Shown piece by piece: positions 53,661 to 63,577 of a stretch of 64,000 nucleotides of DNA. The stretch is taken from positions 10,701 to 74,700 of the forward strand of contig DATKNH010000123.1 in assembly GCA_035541455.1 (NCBI GenBank), read 5' to 3'. The notes beneath the pieces were generated by a model. That model did not search any database, had not been told where the DNA came from, and saw only the letters and a list, made by a program, of their open reading frames with translations. Origin of the DNA: Syntrophorhabdales bacterium. GTDB taxonomy: Bacteria > Desulfobacterota > Syntrophorhabdia > Syntrophorhabdales > WCHB1-27. The stretch's first letter is position 1. The number at the start of each line of letters is the position of its first letter. The position numbers and the translations under genes are program-made.

Positions 53661-54515
53661 CTAGATCTCGAAATTCAGCCTCTTCAGTTCAGCAAGCGAG
53701 AAGACAGGACCATCCTTGCAGATGAATTTACTGCCGATGTTGCAGCGGCCGCATAGGCCTATCCCACACTTCATCCTCGCTTCCAGTGTCGTGATCACGT
53801 CTTCATCCCTGAAGCCCAGCTGTGCGAGGTTCTGCAGGACGTACTTTATCATAATGGGAGGACCGCAGGTAATGGCGATTTTGTTATCCGGCTTTGGCGC
53901 AACCTCGTTGAGGATAGTGGGCACAAATCCTTCCCTGATAGGTGGGCCCGGAGAGTTGGTATCCACGGTCAATATCAGTTCGAGATCGTTGCGCTTGCCC
54001 CAGTCCTCCAGATCCTCTTTATAGCAGAGATCAGCACTGGTGCGCGCGCCATAAATGATGGTGATATCCTGGTAGTCTTGGCGCGTGTCCAGCATGAAAA
54101 GGATCAGCGTTCGAAGGGGCGCCAACCCTATGCCTCCGCCGACAAAGAGAATGTTCTTTCCTTTCATCTGCCGGTACGGAAACCAGTTGCCAAGCGGGGC
54201 GCGCACACCGATCTGGTCTCCCACCGAGAGCTCATGGAGGGATGCTGTGGCTTCGCCCGCTTTCATCACGCTGAACTGGAGATATTCCTTGCGGGTGGGT
54301 GGGGAATTAATGACGAAGGTCGACTCACCCACGCCGAATACCGAAAGCTGTCCGACCTGGCCCGGCTCGAAGGAGAATTGTTTCATCTTTTCTTCATCAT
54401 TGAAAACTACCCGGAAAGATTTTATGTTGGGCGTCTCGTCGATGATACTGACGACCGTTGCCAGATCAGGCAAATAGGGGTTCTTGATGGCTGCTGTTGA
54501 CTGCTCAGTGCTCAC
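53661..54515 (-). CDS. FAD/NAD(P)-binding oxidoreductase with a C-terminal [2Fe-2S] site (FlxA / hydrogenase-gamma / AsrB-like)
   Basis: A ferredoxin-reductase-type fold (LFVGGGIGLAP) plus C.G.C.RC at the C-terminus. Confidence 0.8.
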   Translation of the reverse strand: MSTEQSTAAIKNPYLPDLATVVSIIDETPNIKSFRVVFNDEEKMKQFSFEPGQVGQLSVFGVGESTFVINSPPTRKEYLQFSVMKAGEATASLHELSVGDQIGVRAPLGNWFPYRQMKGKNILFVGGGIGLAPLRTLILFMLDTRQDYQDITIIYGARTSADLCYKEDLEDWGKRNDLELILTVDTNSPGPPIREGFVPTILNEVAPKPDNKIAITCGPPIMIKYVLQNLAQLGFRDEDVITTLEARMKCGIGLCGRCNIGSKFICKDGPVFSLAELKRLNFEI

Positions 54516-55567
54516 TGCTCACCGCCACTATTCTTTTTGAGCTCTGCAGCAATGCTGCTTATCTCCATCGACACCGGACAGGCGCGGATGCAGCGGCCGC
54601 AACCTGAGCACGCGATGATCCCTTCATATTTTTCACCGTAGTAGAGGAACTTGTGACCGACCCTGTTTTTGAAGCGGAGGCCTTTCGCGGCTCTCGGATT
54701 GTGCCCGCTCGCCTCCAGGGTAAAATGGTGGAACATGCAAGCGTCCCAACTCCGGATGCGTTCGCCTTTGTTGACGGACTGCTCGTCGGTAATGTTAAAG
54801 CAGTAACAGGTGGGACAGAGATAGGTGCACGCTCCGCAAGCGATACAACGTTCAGCGGTCTTTTCCCAGAAGGCCTCCGAGTGGAAGGTTTCCTGATCGA
54901 CGGGAGTGGTATCAGCGGCGCCCGCTCTACTCACCATTGCCTCGTGGACCGTCTTCTGGACGTCTCTGGCCCGCGTTTCGTAGGCAGCGCCGTCCTCCAG
55001 GATCGGGCTTTCGAGAAGAGTTTCCCCTTTCGGTGTTATGGCTTCAAGGAGATAGCCGTCTTCAAGTTCGGTCATCATGACATCGGAATCACTCGTTTCT
55101 GCAGGGCCGCACCCCACCCACGTACAAAAACAGCCCGTTGATGGTTCAGGACAGGTGATGGTAAGGATCGTCGTCTTCGCGCGCCGCGCCAGGTAATAGG
55201 GATCCGGGGTGTCTGTGTCGGAGAAGGCGCGATCGATTATCGCGATGCCCCGTGCGTCGCACGGCCTTGCGCCGAAGATGATCGTATCCTCGGCCTCGAT
55301 GTTATCCTGGAGATCTATGAGGGTCCGGCGGGCGTCATTCGGGTCTTTCTTAAATTCGAATGAGACGAGAGTCTCGCTCTGGGGGTAGATGATATTTTTT
55401 GGCGGACTCGCGGCGGGGCGGGCAAGATAGAGCGTGTGTCCATCCGTTGCCCGTTTGAAGAGTACTGTGTCGCCCTCGAGACACGGAAAAAAGAGGGTAG
55501 CCTTCTTACCGAGCGCCTCTATCAGCTCCTTCTCTTTTCCCTTCCTGAGGTAACCCAACTTCCTCAT
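54512..55567 (-). CDS. 4Fe-4S cluster protein (FlxB / AsrA / sulfhydrogenase-beta-like)
   Basis: Contains CIACGACTYLCPTCYC and CSGCGRCIRACP. It overlaps both neighbours by 4 nt. Confidence 0.75.
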   Translation of the reverse strand: MRKLGYLRKGKEKELIEALGKKATLFFPCLEGDTVLFKRATDGHTLYLARPAASPPKNIIYPQSETLVSFEFKKDPNDARRTLIDLQDNIEAEDTIIFGARPCDARGIAIIDRAFSDTDTPDPYYLARRAKTTILTITCPEPSTGCFCTWVGCGPAETSDSDVMMTELEDGYLLEAITPKGETLLESPILEDGAAYETRARDVQKTVHEAMVSRAGAADTTPVDQETFHSEAFWEKTAERCIACGACTYLCPTCYCFNITDEQSVNKGERIRSWDACMFHHFTLEASGHNPRAAKGLRFKNRVGHKFLYYGEKYEGIIACSGCGRCIRACPVSMEISSIAAELKKNSGGEQ

Positions 55568-56517
55568 CGGATCTTGTGCTCCTCGATCTGTTCCTCTTCC
55601 ACTTTGAACGTGTACATCGGCGGCCTGTCTTCTGTCGAGATGCCGGCCTCATAACCGAAGAGTTCTTTCATCTCCAGATTGATCTTCTTCTTCAGTTTGG
55701 CGACCGGGATATCCATGGGACATGCCCTTTCGCACTCGCCGCACTCGGTGCACCGACCGGCCAGGTGTATGGCGTGGATCATGTGAAACATCATCTTTTC
55801 GTCTGGTGTGGCTTTCTGGCTCATCCAGTGTGGGTCCCGCGTCTCGGCAATACAGGATTCTCTGCAGACGCAGAGTGGACATGCGTTGCGGCATGCATAG
55901 CAGCGAATACAGCGATCGAATTGAGCAAGCCAATAGGCTCTGCGCTCTTCGAGGGGACGTGCATCAAAGTCGCGGATGTCCTGGTAGGCCTGCTTCTCAT
56001 CAGCTTCCGGTGCAATCTCTTCTCCGGCAACATAATCGCTGAGCAGCGGGGTCGGGTACCGGCAGGTCAGGCACTTCTCAGCTAGAACCTCACGCAACGA
56101 AAGGCGCGTCTCTCCCTTCTTCGTCTTTACCATAAGCGCGTCTGATTCGAACGCGGCGTCAATGACCGGCTGGTGATCGATGGCACGCAACACTTTGCGT
56201 ACACTCACCGCGCCGTGGCACGGCACACCGATGATCACTACATTTTCCCGCTTGATGATCCCTTCCTGTATCAGCTGGACTACGGTCCGGCTGTCGCAGC
56301 CCTTGACTATGACTGCAGCTTTCTTCTTTAGAGACGGCAGATAGGATGCGAGATTGTGAACGCAGGCAGCGTTGATGACGAGCGAATCGACTTCCTCGGG
56401 AGACGTGACGAAGCAAGGAACCGGATGGAGTGCGTCCACACCGTTCCTGTAGCCGATCACCACGTCCACCGAAGGGAGCACCTTTCTAACGATCTCTTTA
56501 AGCTTCTCCAGATTCAC
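55564..56517 (-). CDS. Iron-sulfur protein (FlxC-like)
   Basis: Contains CIRCYACRNACPLCVC and CTECGECERACP. Translationally coupled to its neighbours. Confidence 0.7.
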   Translation of the reverse strand: MNLEKLKEIVRKVLPSVDVVIGYRNGVDALHPVPCFVTSPEEVDSLVINAACVHNLASYLPSLKKKAAVIVKGCDSRTVVQLIQEGIIKRENVVIIGVPCHGAVSVRKVLRAIDHQPVIDAAFESDALMVKTKKGETRLSLREVLAEKCLTCRYPTPLLSDYVAGEEIAPEADEKQAYQDIRDFDARPLEERRAYWLAQFDRCIRCYACRNACPLCVCRESCIAETRDPHWMSQKATPDEKMMFHMIHAIHLAGRCTECGECERACPMDIPVAKLKKKINLEMKELFGYEAGISTEDRPPMYTFKVEEEQIEEHKIR

Positions 56518-56963
56518 GCTATGGCCTCCCTGGCCGGGTCAACATGGGGCAGGCGTGGTGCGGGTCCCAGTTCGTGGATGAGCTTCGTGAAATCGGTGAC
56601 CGTCTGCTGCCAGCGCTGCCCTTCGGATGCGGAAACCCACGTGTAGTGAAAACGGCGCGCATCAATTCCTACAAAAGGGAGAAAACGTTTCAACATCTCG
56701 AGCCTGCGGCGCGCGTAAAAATTACCGTCCGAGTAATGGCAATCTCTCGGATGACATCCGGAGACGAGGACGCCGTCAGCGCCGTGTATGAGTGCTTTGA
56801 CCACGAAGAGGGGATCGACTCTTCCGGAGCAGGGAACTCTGATGATTCTCAGATCCGTCGGCTGCTTGAAGCGGCTCACGCCAGCAGTGTCGGCGCCGCC
56901 ATAAGAACACCAGTTGCACAAGAAACCGACAATGCGGAGCTCTTTTCCTTCTACGGCAGACAT
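56514..56963 (-). CDS. MvhD-type [2Fe-2S] hydrogenase delta-subunit-like protein (FlxD-like)
   Basis: Contains FLCNWCSYGGADTAG...RVPCSGRVD...GADGVLVSGCHPRDCHY. Confidence 0.85.
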   Translation of the reverse strand: MSAVEGKELRIVGFLCNWCSYGGADTAGVSRFKQPTDLRIIRVPCSGRVDPLFVVKALIHGADGVLVSGCHPRDCHYSDGNFYARRRLEMLKRFLPFVGIDARRFHYTWVSASEGQRWQQTVTDFTKLIHELGPAPRLPHVDPAREAIA

Positions 56964-58912
56964 AGGCTGTTTACCTCCGCGAGCAGCTGATTATCTGTAA
57001 AGTGCTGGAGTTGGATCGCGCCGCACGGGCAGGTGGAGGTACATACGCCGCAGCCTGCACATACCGTTTCGATCACGCTCGCTACTATTTTACCGCCGCG
57101 CAGTTCCTGTTCCTTGATTGCCTGGAAGGGGCAGGTCTTGACGCACTTGAGACATCCCACGCACGCATTCTGATTCACCCGCGCAACAGCTGGATCTGAT
57201 TCCAGCATGTCACGTGAGAAGAGGGAGAGCACTTTGGCTGCGGCGGCGCTGCCCTGGCCGACCGACGAAGGGATGTCCTTGGGGCCTTGTGCTGCTCCTG
57301 CGAGAAAAACACCCGAGGTGTTCGTCTCTACCGGACGGAGCTTCGGGTGGCTCTCAACGTAGAAGCCATTCGTGTCATAAGAGATATGCAGCTTCTCAGC
57401 AAGCGTTGCTGCGCCTGGCGCTGCCGTGGCTGCTGTGGCGAGAACGACAAGGTCAGCCTCTACCTCAACCTTTGCACCCAGCAAGGTGTCGGCTCCCTGG
57501 ACGATCATCTTGTTACCTTTCGGATAGATGCGGGAAACACGCCCCCGTATGTACTTTACGCCGTAATCCTCCTGCGCCCTTCGCGTGAACTCGTCATAGC
57601 CTTTTCCTGAAGCACGGACATCCATGTAGAAGACGTAGGATTGGGAGTCAGGGATGTGATCCTTTGTAAGGATTGCCTGTTTGGCTATGTACATGCAGCA
57701 GAAATTGGAGCAGTACGCGATGCCTATGGATTTGTCGCGCGATCCAGCGCAGGAGACGAAAACAATGCTCTTGGGTTCAGTTTGATCAGAAGGCCTGAGG
57801 ATGTGGCCCGACGTCGGCCCCGAGGCGTTCAGCAGTCGCTCGTACTGGATACCGGTGATCACATCAGGGTAGCGTCCGCCGCCATACTCCGGCAGTCTCT
57901 CCTGGTCGATGAGGCCGTAGCCGGTCGCTACGATGATGGCACCGACCTCCTCCGTGACGAGCTGATCCGGAAGCTCGAAGTTGATCGCTTTTGCAGGGCA
58001 GACCTTCGCACAAACGCCGCACTTCCCTTTTAGCAGTTGGCGGCAATAACGAGCGTCAATCGTCGCTTTCTTTGGGATCGCCTGCGGAAAAGGGATGTTG
58101 ATGGCGCGCGTGGGTGCTACGCCGAAGTTAAAGGTGTCGTAAGCGTTTTTTGTGGGACACTTCTCCATGCACTCACCGCAGCCTGTACACTTTTTCCAGT
58201 CGACGTAGGGAGTCTTTTTGCGTATCTTCACCTGGTAGTTGCCCACATAGCCTTTGATTTCCTCGATCTCAGAATAGGCGTGAAGGCTGATCCGTTCGTG
58301 CTGCGCTACATCAACCATTTTTGGTCCCAGGATACAGATAGAGCAATCGATGGTAGGAAATGTCTTGTCGAGCCGAGCCATCATGCCGCCTATGGCAGGG
58401 CTCTTCTCCACGAGCACTACATCGAGGCCGCCCTCCCCACAGTCAAGGGCCGCCTGCATACCGGCGACGCCAGCACCGATCACAAGGACTCGTTTGTTTA
58501 TCTTGAACGCTGAAGAATAGAGCGGCTTGTTCCGGATCACCTTTTCTATGGCCATGCGTACTGCTTCTATGGCCTTGTTTGTATTGAGCTCTTTATCTTC
58601 GCCGATCCAGGAGACGTGCTCCCTGATGTTGGCCATTTCAAAGAAGTAACGGTTGAGACCGGCTTTTTCAACCGTGCGCCTGAAGGTAAACTCGTGCATG
58701 CGGGGCGAGCACGCCGCGACCACAATACGGTCAAGGTTCTCCCGTTTGATGGCCTGCTTGATTTCCTCCTGGCCCGGCTCGGAACAGGTATACATGTAAT
58801 GGGTGGAGTAGACCACGTGGGGCAGTTTCGCCGTCTCCTCGGCAGCCCTGGCTACGTCAACCGTGCCCGCAATATTGTTGCCGCAATGGCAGATAAATAC
58901 GCCGACTCTCAT
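56951..58912 (-). CDS. hdrA: Heterodisulfide reductase subunit A-like flavoprotein
   Basis: N-terminal FICHCGNNIAG, FAD motif VIGAGVAGM, inserted and C-terminal ferredoxin domains. 653 aa with an uninterrupted frame. Confidence 0.9.
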   Translation of the reverse strand: MRVGVFICHCGNNIAGTVDVARAAEETAKLPHVVYSTHYMYTCSEPGQEEIKQAIKRENLDRIVVAACSPRMHEFTFRRTVEKAGLNRYFFEMANIREHVSWIGEDKELNTNKAIEAVRMAIEKVIRNKPLYSSAFKINKRVLVIGAGVAGMQAALDCGEGGLDVVLVEKSPAIGGMMARLDKTFPTIDCSICILGPKMVDVAQHERISLHAYSEIEEIKGYVGNYQVKIRKKTPYVDWKKCTGCGECMEKCPTKNAYDTFNFGVAPTRAINIPFPQAIPKKATIDARYCRQLLKGKCGVCAKVCPAKAINFELPDQLVTEEVGAIIVATGYGLIDQERLPEYGGGRYPDVITGIQYERLLNASGPTSGHILRPSDQTEPKSIVFVSCAGSRDKSIGIAYCSNFCCMYIAKQAILTKDHIPDSQSYVFYMDVRASGKGYDEFTRRAQEDYGVKYIRGRVSRIYPKGNKMIVQGADTLLGAKVEVEADLVVLATAATAAPGAATLAEKLHISYDTNGFYVESHPKLRPVETNTSGVFLAGAAQGPKDIPSSVGQGSAAAAKVLSLFSRDMLESDPAVARVNQNACVGCLKCVKTCPFQAIKEQELRGGKIVASVIETVCAGCGVCTSTCPCGAIQLQHFTDNQLLAEVNSLCLP

Positions 58913-58919
58913 TGTTCGA

Positions 58920-59915
58920 TCAGGTCTCCTTTACTACCGAAGCGGTACGTTCCCGCTCTCTGTTTGTTTCTTCCGCACCCCGGGCCGCGTTCTTTCTTGC
59001 TGCACTTTTTGCGGGTGAAGCTGTCTCTTCGGTGCCCTTGGGGCTTCTCGAGCGGATGAGCCTGTCAACGCTTACAATGTGCTTGTCAAGACCAAGCTCG
59101 ACAGGCGAATAGCCGAAGGCAAGCCCGAGCACTTGTGAGAAATAGAGGACGGGGAGGGAGAAAGATGAGCCCATGGCTCGATTCACCTGTGCCTGCCTGA
59201 GATCAAGATTCTGCTGACAGAGCGGGCATGCCACCACCACGCAGTTGGCTCCGCAATCCTGCACCATGTTCAGAACTTTGTGTGTGAGCCGGAGCACCAT
59301 CTCTCTTTTTGGAACACCAAAGGCTGCACCGCAGCATTCTGTTTTGAAAGCAAAATCGCGTACCTCAATGCCACAGGCAGCAAGCAGCCTGTCCATCGAG
59401 ACAGGGTTTTCCGGGTCATCGAATGCAGCAAGGCGGGGCGGGCGGCTCAAGATGCAGCCATAGTAGCAGGCCGCTTTGAGATCGGGAAGGATAGTCGTTA
59501 CCTTCGCAACTACAGCGTCGAGCCCCACATCTTCATAAATCACCTGGAGCGTGGATTTCGCTTTTACCGTTCCCTCATAGGGGTCATCCAGAAGCTGGTT
59601 GACTTCATCTTTAAAGTTCTTGTCTGTGAGCATTTTTGCACGCGCTTTCTTGAAGGCCGAGAGACAGGAAGGGCAGGGGGTGGTAAGCGTTGCCGTCTCC
59701 ATGCGCTCCACTATTGCAAGATTACGCGCGGCGAGTGCGCCTGCAAGAACGTGATCCATCGCATGAGCGGGCGTGGACCCGCAACAGCTCCAGTCAACAG
59801 GCTCTTTGATGACCACACCGAGATCTTTGAGGATTGCGCGTATCGACCGGTCATAGGATGACGCGGTCCCCTCAAGGGAGCAGCCGGCATAATAGGCATA
59901 CTCTCTCTCAATCAT
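58920..59915 (-). CDS. hdrB: Heterodisulfide reductase subunit B-like (two CCG domains) with a charged C-terminal tail
   Basis: YYAGCS...WSCCGSTP and ACYYGC...CCGA. The last 45 or so residues are K/R/E/A-rich. Confidence 0.85.
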   Translation of the reverse strand: MIEREYAYYAGCSLEGTASSYDRSIRAILKDLGVVIKEPVDWSCCGSTPAHAMDHVLAGALAARNLAIVERMETATLTTPCPSCLSAFKKARAKMLTDKNFKDEVNQLLDDPYEGTVKAKSTLQVIYEDVGLDAVVAKVTTILPDLKAACYYGCILSRPPRLAAFDDPENPVSMDRLLAACGIEVRDFAFKTECCGAAFGVPKREMVLRLTHKVLNMVQDCGANCVVVACPLCQQNLDLRQAQVNRAMGSSFSLPVLYFSQVLGLAFGYSPVELGLDKHIVSVDRLIRSRSPKGTEETASPAKSAARKNAARGAEETNRERERTASVVKET

Positions 59916-59918
59916 GCC

Positions 59919-60467
59919 CTACTTCTTCTCCATAAATTTCTTGACGATGCGCGCGACCTTGTCTCTGCCCTTGATTCTCTTGGGTGTGAAGTGGAGCTGT
60001 TTCATCACCTTGGGGCCCAGATCGGCGTCAGTGAGGAGATGTCCCGACTTTAGATTATACCGGGCGATGATCTCCAGTTCAAAGATCCTTCCATGGTTTT
60101 TCAACGATGTGAGGAAGGACTCATAGAATGTTCGTATATCCTTTTCAGTAAAGCGTTTTTCCCTGTAGGCGATATTGCGGAGTCCATCCATTACGTCAGC
60201 CACGTCGATCTCACAGGGGCAGCGCGTGCTGCATGTCTCACACGTGGCGCAGAGCCATAATGCTTTTGAGTTTAGAACCTTTTCTCTCTGCCCGGTCTGG
60301 ATCATCCGCATTATCTGGCTGACGGGGTAATCGAAAAATTCGGTGTAGGGACAGCCTGCTGTGCAATTGCCGCACTGATAGCACCGGACTACATCCTGTC
60401 CGGTCGCCTGGGAAACCTCTGCGGCAAAATCGTTAAGGGTATCACTGGCAAGACGTACTGTTTCCAT
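59919..60467 (-). CDS. hdrC: Heterodisulfide reductase subunit C-like
   Basis: Contains CYQCGNCTAGCP and CATCETCSTRCP. Confidence 0.85.
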   Translation of the reverse strand: METVRLASDTLNDFAAEVSQATGQDVVRCYQCGNCTAGCPYTEFFDYPVSQIMRMIQTGQREKVLNSKALWLCATCETCSTRCPCEIDVADVMDGLRNIAYREKRFTEKDIRTFYESFLTSLKNHGRIFELEIIARYNLKSGHLLTDADLGPKVMKQLHFTPKRIKGRDKVARIVKKFMEKK

Positions 60468-60625
60468 ACTCCCCTTGCAGTTATTTTACCATGAAGGCCG
60501 ATGGCCTGTCCATGGGGGCTTACGACGACGAGGAGTAGCGATAGAGCACTTTGAAAATGGCCTGATCGGCCTCCTGAAGCAAAGTTTAACAGCTTGGAAT
60601 TGTTGCTTTTTTTGCCTACAGCTAC

Positions 60626-61117
60626 TCACTCTGACCTGGTTGCTGCTTTCTCCAGGTCTTCCATAATGCTTCTGGCAACAGGTGCAACAGCTGCCTCCAC
60701 CTCCGGGCTCAACCCCTCCCGAAACGTTGTGTTTTCCTTTATTTCCACGGCGTAGATGCGAATCGTATCGGGCATTTCGTATCCCAACTGCTTTCCGAGT
60801 TCTATAGCGGTCCTCAAGTCTAGAGCATGTGATGCATAAGGATTAACTATCGTTCCCAGATCGTCGGGTGTGAGCCTGTGTATTGATCCCGCGGGGGTGT
60901 ACTCACCGGTTATGATGGCATCTGCTATGACAACGGTCTGATAGCCGCAGATGACGTCCAGCAGGAACCTGCCTGCAAGACTCGCCTCTAGAACGTCTAT
61001 CGAAGAGTCAGCGGGCCACCGGCTCCTTATCACACGCGCGATGGCTATCCCTACGCCGTCGTCACCCAGGATGGGGTTGCCCAGGCCGAGTATGAGGGTC
61101 CTGCCTTCCTGCCCCAT
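60626..61117 (-). CDS. [NiFe] hydrogenase maturation endopeptidase
   Basis: Contains LILGLGNPILGDDGVGI. It lies immediately downstream of the large subunit gene. Confidence 0.85.
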   Translation of the reverse strand: MGQEGRTLILGLGNPILGDDGVGIAIARVIRSRWPADSSIDVLEASLAGRFLLDVICGYQTVVIADAIITGEYTPAGSIHRLTPDDLGTIVNPYASHALDLRTAIELGKQLGYEMPDTIRIYAVEIKENTTFREGLSPEVEAAVAPVARSIMEDLEKAATRSE

Positions 61118-62578
61118 CTAATCTCTGGTCAGTTTCTCCAGCACCACCCCTTCGCGGTCTCTGATAGTAACCTCGAGAGGCATTTTGCCTGCAGCAACGT
61201 GGGTTGCGCAGCCGAGGCACGGGTCATACGCGCGGAAGGCCATCTCCACTCTATTGAGGAGCCCCTCCGAGACGTTTCCGCCTTTAATGAAACCTTGAGC
61301 CGCCTTCTTTACCGAGAGGCCCATCGGTGCCGCGTTATGTTGTGTGGCAACGATCAGGTTCACTTTCGTGATCAACCCTTTGTCGTCGGTTTCGTAGTGA
61401 TGGATAAGAACACCTCTGCAGGCTTCCACGCAACCGATGCCCTTGCCCGTGAACTGGAAGTTCATGTTCCTTATATCTTTTCCGGAAAGCATCGGGTCAT
61501 TAGCAATCTGCCGTAACTCCTCTGCGGCCTGCAGGGCTTCTATCAGTCGGGCCCAGTGATAGGCCAGTGTATGATGCGCCGGTTTGCCGAGCACTGACAC
61601 CATGTACTCATATTCCTTTTGAGCAAGCGGTGTCGACATACCGTTTGCAACGTTGTAGCGCGCTAAAGGACCGACCCGGTAGAGCGATGTATTGTCCCCT
61701 TCGACCATGCCCTTCCATCCGAGTTTCCTTAAGTGGGTCAAGCGAATATAGGTCCAGGGCTCAACCCACTCGCCTATATAGTCCGCATAATCCCTGGGAT
61801 GAAAAAAGGCCACCTCTTTGCCGGCCGGGTCTACTACCCTGAGCATGCCTTCGTAATAGTTCTGGTGATAGTTGTCATCGACCAGCGCCATGTAGTAAGT
61901 CTTCAGGCCATAGGTGTCGCTCAGGACGAGATCGAGGTATCCCTTGTTGGCGAGAACGGTATCTTTGAAGAGCTGCAATGCGAACTTGGCAAATTCTATG
62001 GAAAAAGTTGCGGTATCCATGATGGCAATCCGCTCTTCTTCCTTTATTCCACGGGGGACGCCTCCGGGAAGCCCGCCCTCGGGATGGGCCGGCTTGCTTG
62101 CAATAAGCTTTATTATGTCGCGGGTCCTCTTTCGTACCTCGATGACCTGCTTGGCAATATCCAGACCGACTTTGCCGATCACCCCGAGGATATTTCGTTC
62201 GGCCGGGTTTGCATCCGGGCCCATGACGAAATCGGGGCCGCCAAGGAAAAAGAAATGGATGTAGTGGTCCTCTACATAGTTGGCCGCCACTTGCAGCCTT
62301 CGAATAAGCTTCGCAGTGTACGTCGGCGCCACGCCGTAGATGTAGTCGACCGCCTTTGTTGATGCCATATTATGAGGAGTCGGACAGACGCCGCAGATAT
62401 TTGGCACGATCCTCGGCATCTCTTCAGCGGGCCGGCCGAGGCAGAACCTTTCAAATCCCCGCAACTCCGTTACCTGCATGTAGGCATCATCCACATCCCC
62501 CCGGTCGTTCAGGAAGATCTCTATTTTGCCGTGCCCCTCGAGTCTCGTTATCGGGTTTATTGTGATTGTTTTTCCCAT
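61118..62578 (-). CDS. mvhA: [NiFe] hydrogenase large subunit, group 3 (MvhA-like)
   Basis: Contains RLEGHGKIEI, the N-terminal ligand motif NICGVCPTPH, and the C-terminal DPCLGCATH. Confidence 0.85.
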   Translation of the reverse strand: MGKTITINPITRLEGHGKIEIFLNDRGDVDDAYMQVTELRGFERFCLGRPAEEMPRIVPNICGVCPTPHNMASTKAVDYIYGVAPTYTAKLIRRLQVAANYVEDHYIHFFFLGGPDFVMGPDANPAERNILGVIGKVGLDIAKQVIEVRKRTRDIIKLIASKPAHPEGGLPGGVPRGIKEEERIAIMDTATFSIEFAKFALQLFKDTVLANKGYLDLVLSDTYGLKTYYMALVDDNYHQNYYEGMLRVVDPAGKEVAFFHPRDYADYIGEWVEPWTYIRLTHLRKLGWKGMVEGDNTSLYRVGPLARYNVANGMSTPLAQKEYEYMVSVLGKPAHHTLAYHWARLIEALQAAEELRQIANDPMLSGKDIRNMNFQFTGKGIGCVEACRGVLIHHYETDDKGLITKVNLIVATQHNAAPMGLSVKKAAQGFIKGGNVSEGLLNRVEMAFRAYDPCLGCATHVAAGKMPLEVTIRDREGVVLEKLTRD

Positions 62579-62586
62579 TGCTCACC

Positions 62587-63567
62587 TCATGCCTTCGTTG
62601 ATGTATCTCTCTTCTTTCGCAGGAGAGAGGATGCGGTTGTGAAGCGATAGAAATAACCCACCGGATCTTCCAGCCCATCGACGGCCTTTTTTCGTTCCTC
62701 TTCGGTTTTTCCTTTGATGAGCGATGCAAAGGCAGAAAGGTACTTGGCGCCCATGTCATCCACACCGCCCACGGGGCCGAAGCAACCACGACAGGGGATG
62801 TTGATGTTGATACAGGACTCGCCGCAACCGGCCCTCGTCGCCGGCCCCATGCAGACCACACCCTGGGCCAGAAAACATTTTCCTGGATCGGCCTCCACCT
62901 CGTGTATTCGCTTGACATCTTCTATGACGAGGCGATCCGGTTTTGTCTGGTTTCTCTCGCAGCGATCGCAGAGTGCCCGTGTAGGAGCCAATGTCGCGCC
63001 CTTCGGGGGCAGGTCTCCACTCATCACCCTTCGGCCCATGGATCGAATACGGTCTGGCGGGGGAGGGCAACCGGGCAGGTAATAGTCGACGTCAATTACA
63101 TGGCCCAGCGGGTACACCTGCTCGTAAAACTCCGGGAGCGTCAGCTGGTTGCCGTGGGCAATGGTAATCGGCTCAGGAATGTTGCGGTTGGGGTTGACTA
63201 CGGTCGGCGCGTCCCTGTACACCCATTGGAAAATATCTTCCTTACCTCTCAGGTTTGCCATGCCGGGCGTACCACCAAAGCAGGCGCATGCGCCGAACGC
63301 CACCACGAGCTTTGATTTCTTCCTCAACAGACGACCGACCTCCTCGTGTTCGGAATTCCGCACCGATCCATTGATGAGAGTGAGCGCGATTTCCCCGTCC
63401 TCGAGCGATTCGACGTGATGATACTTGTAGTCCAGCGCCACAGGCCAGAGTATAACGTCAAAGGCGGCGGCGAGTACGAGAATGTCCTCATTGATATCGA
63501 CGAGTGCTTCGTCGCATCCACCGCAACCGCCGAGCCAACACACTGCCATCTTGGGCTTGTCTGCCAT
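62587..63567 (-). CDS. mvhG: [NiFe] hydrogenase small subunit (MvhG-like)
   Basis: Contains WLGGCGGCDE, GACACFGG, and distal cluster cysteines (CMGPATRAGCGESC, CRGCFGP). Confidence 0.85.
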   Translation of the reverse strand: MADKPKMAVCWLGGCGGCDEALVDINEDILVLAAAFDVILWPVALDYKYHHVESLEDGEIALTLINGSVRNSEHEEVGRLLRKKSKLVVAFGACACFGGTPGMANLRGKEDIFQWVYRDAPTVVNPNRNIPEPITIAHGNQLTLPEFYEQVYPLGHVIDVDYYLPGCPPPPDRIRSMGRRVMSGDLPPKGATLAPTRALCDRCERNQTKPDRLVIEDVKRIHEVEADPGKCFLAQGVVCMGPATRAGCGESCININIPCRGCFGPVGGVDDMGAKYLSAFASLIKGKTEEERKKAVDGLEDPVGYFYRFTTASSLLRKKRDTSTKA

Positions 63568-63577
63568 CGCTCGCCTC

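Noticed and set aside
56951-58912. Selenocysteine (in-frame TGA) recoding in hdrA, the mvhD-like genes or the hydrogenase large subunit
   Set aside because: All of these frames are continuous with Cys at the expected ligand positions. No split ORFs or in-frame TGA are needed to reconstruct the proteins.
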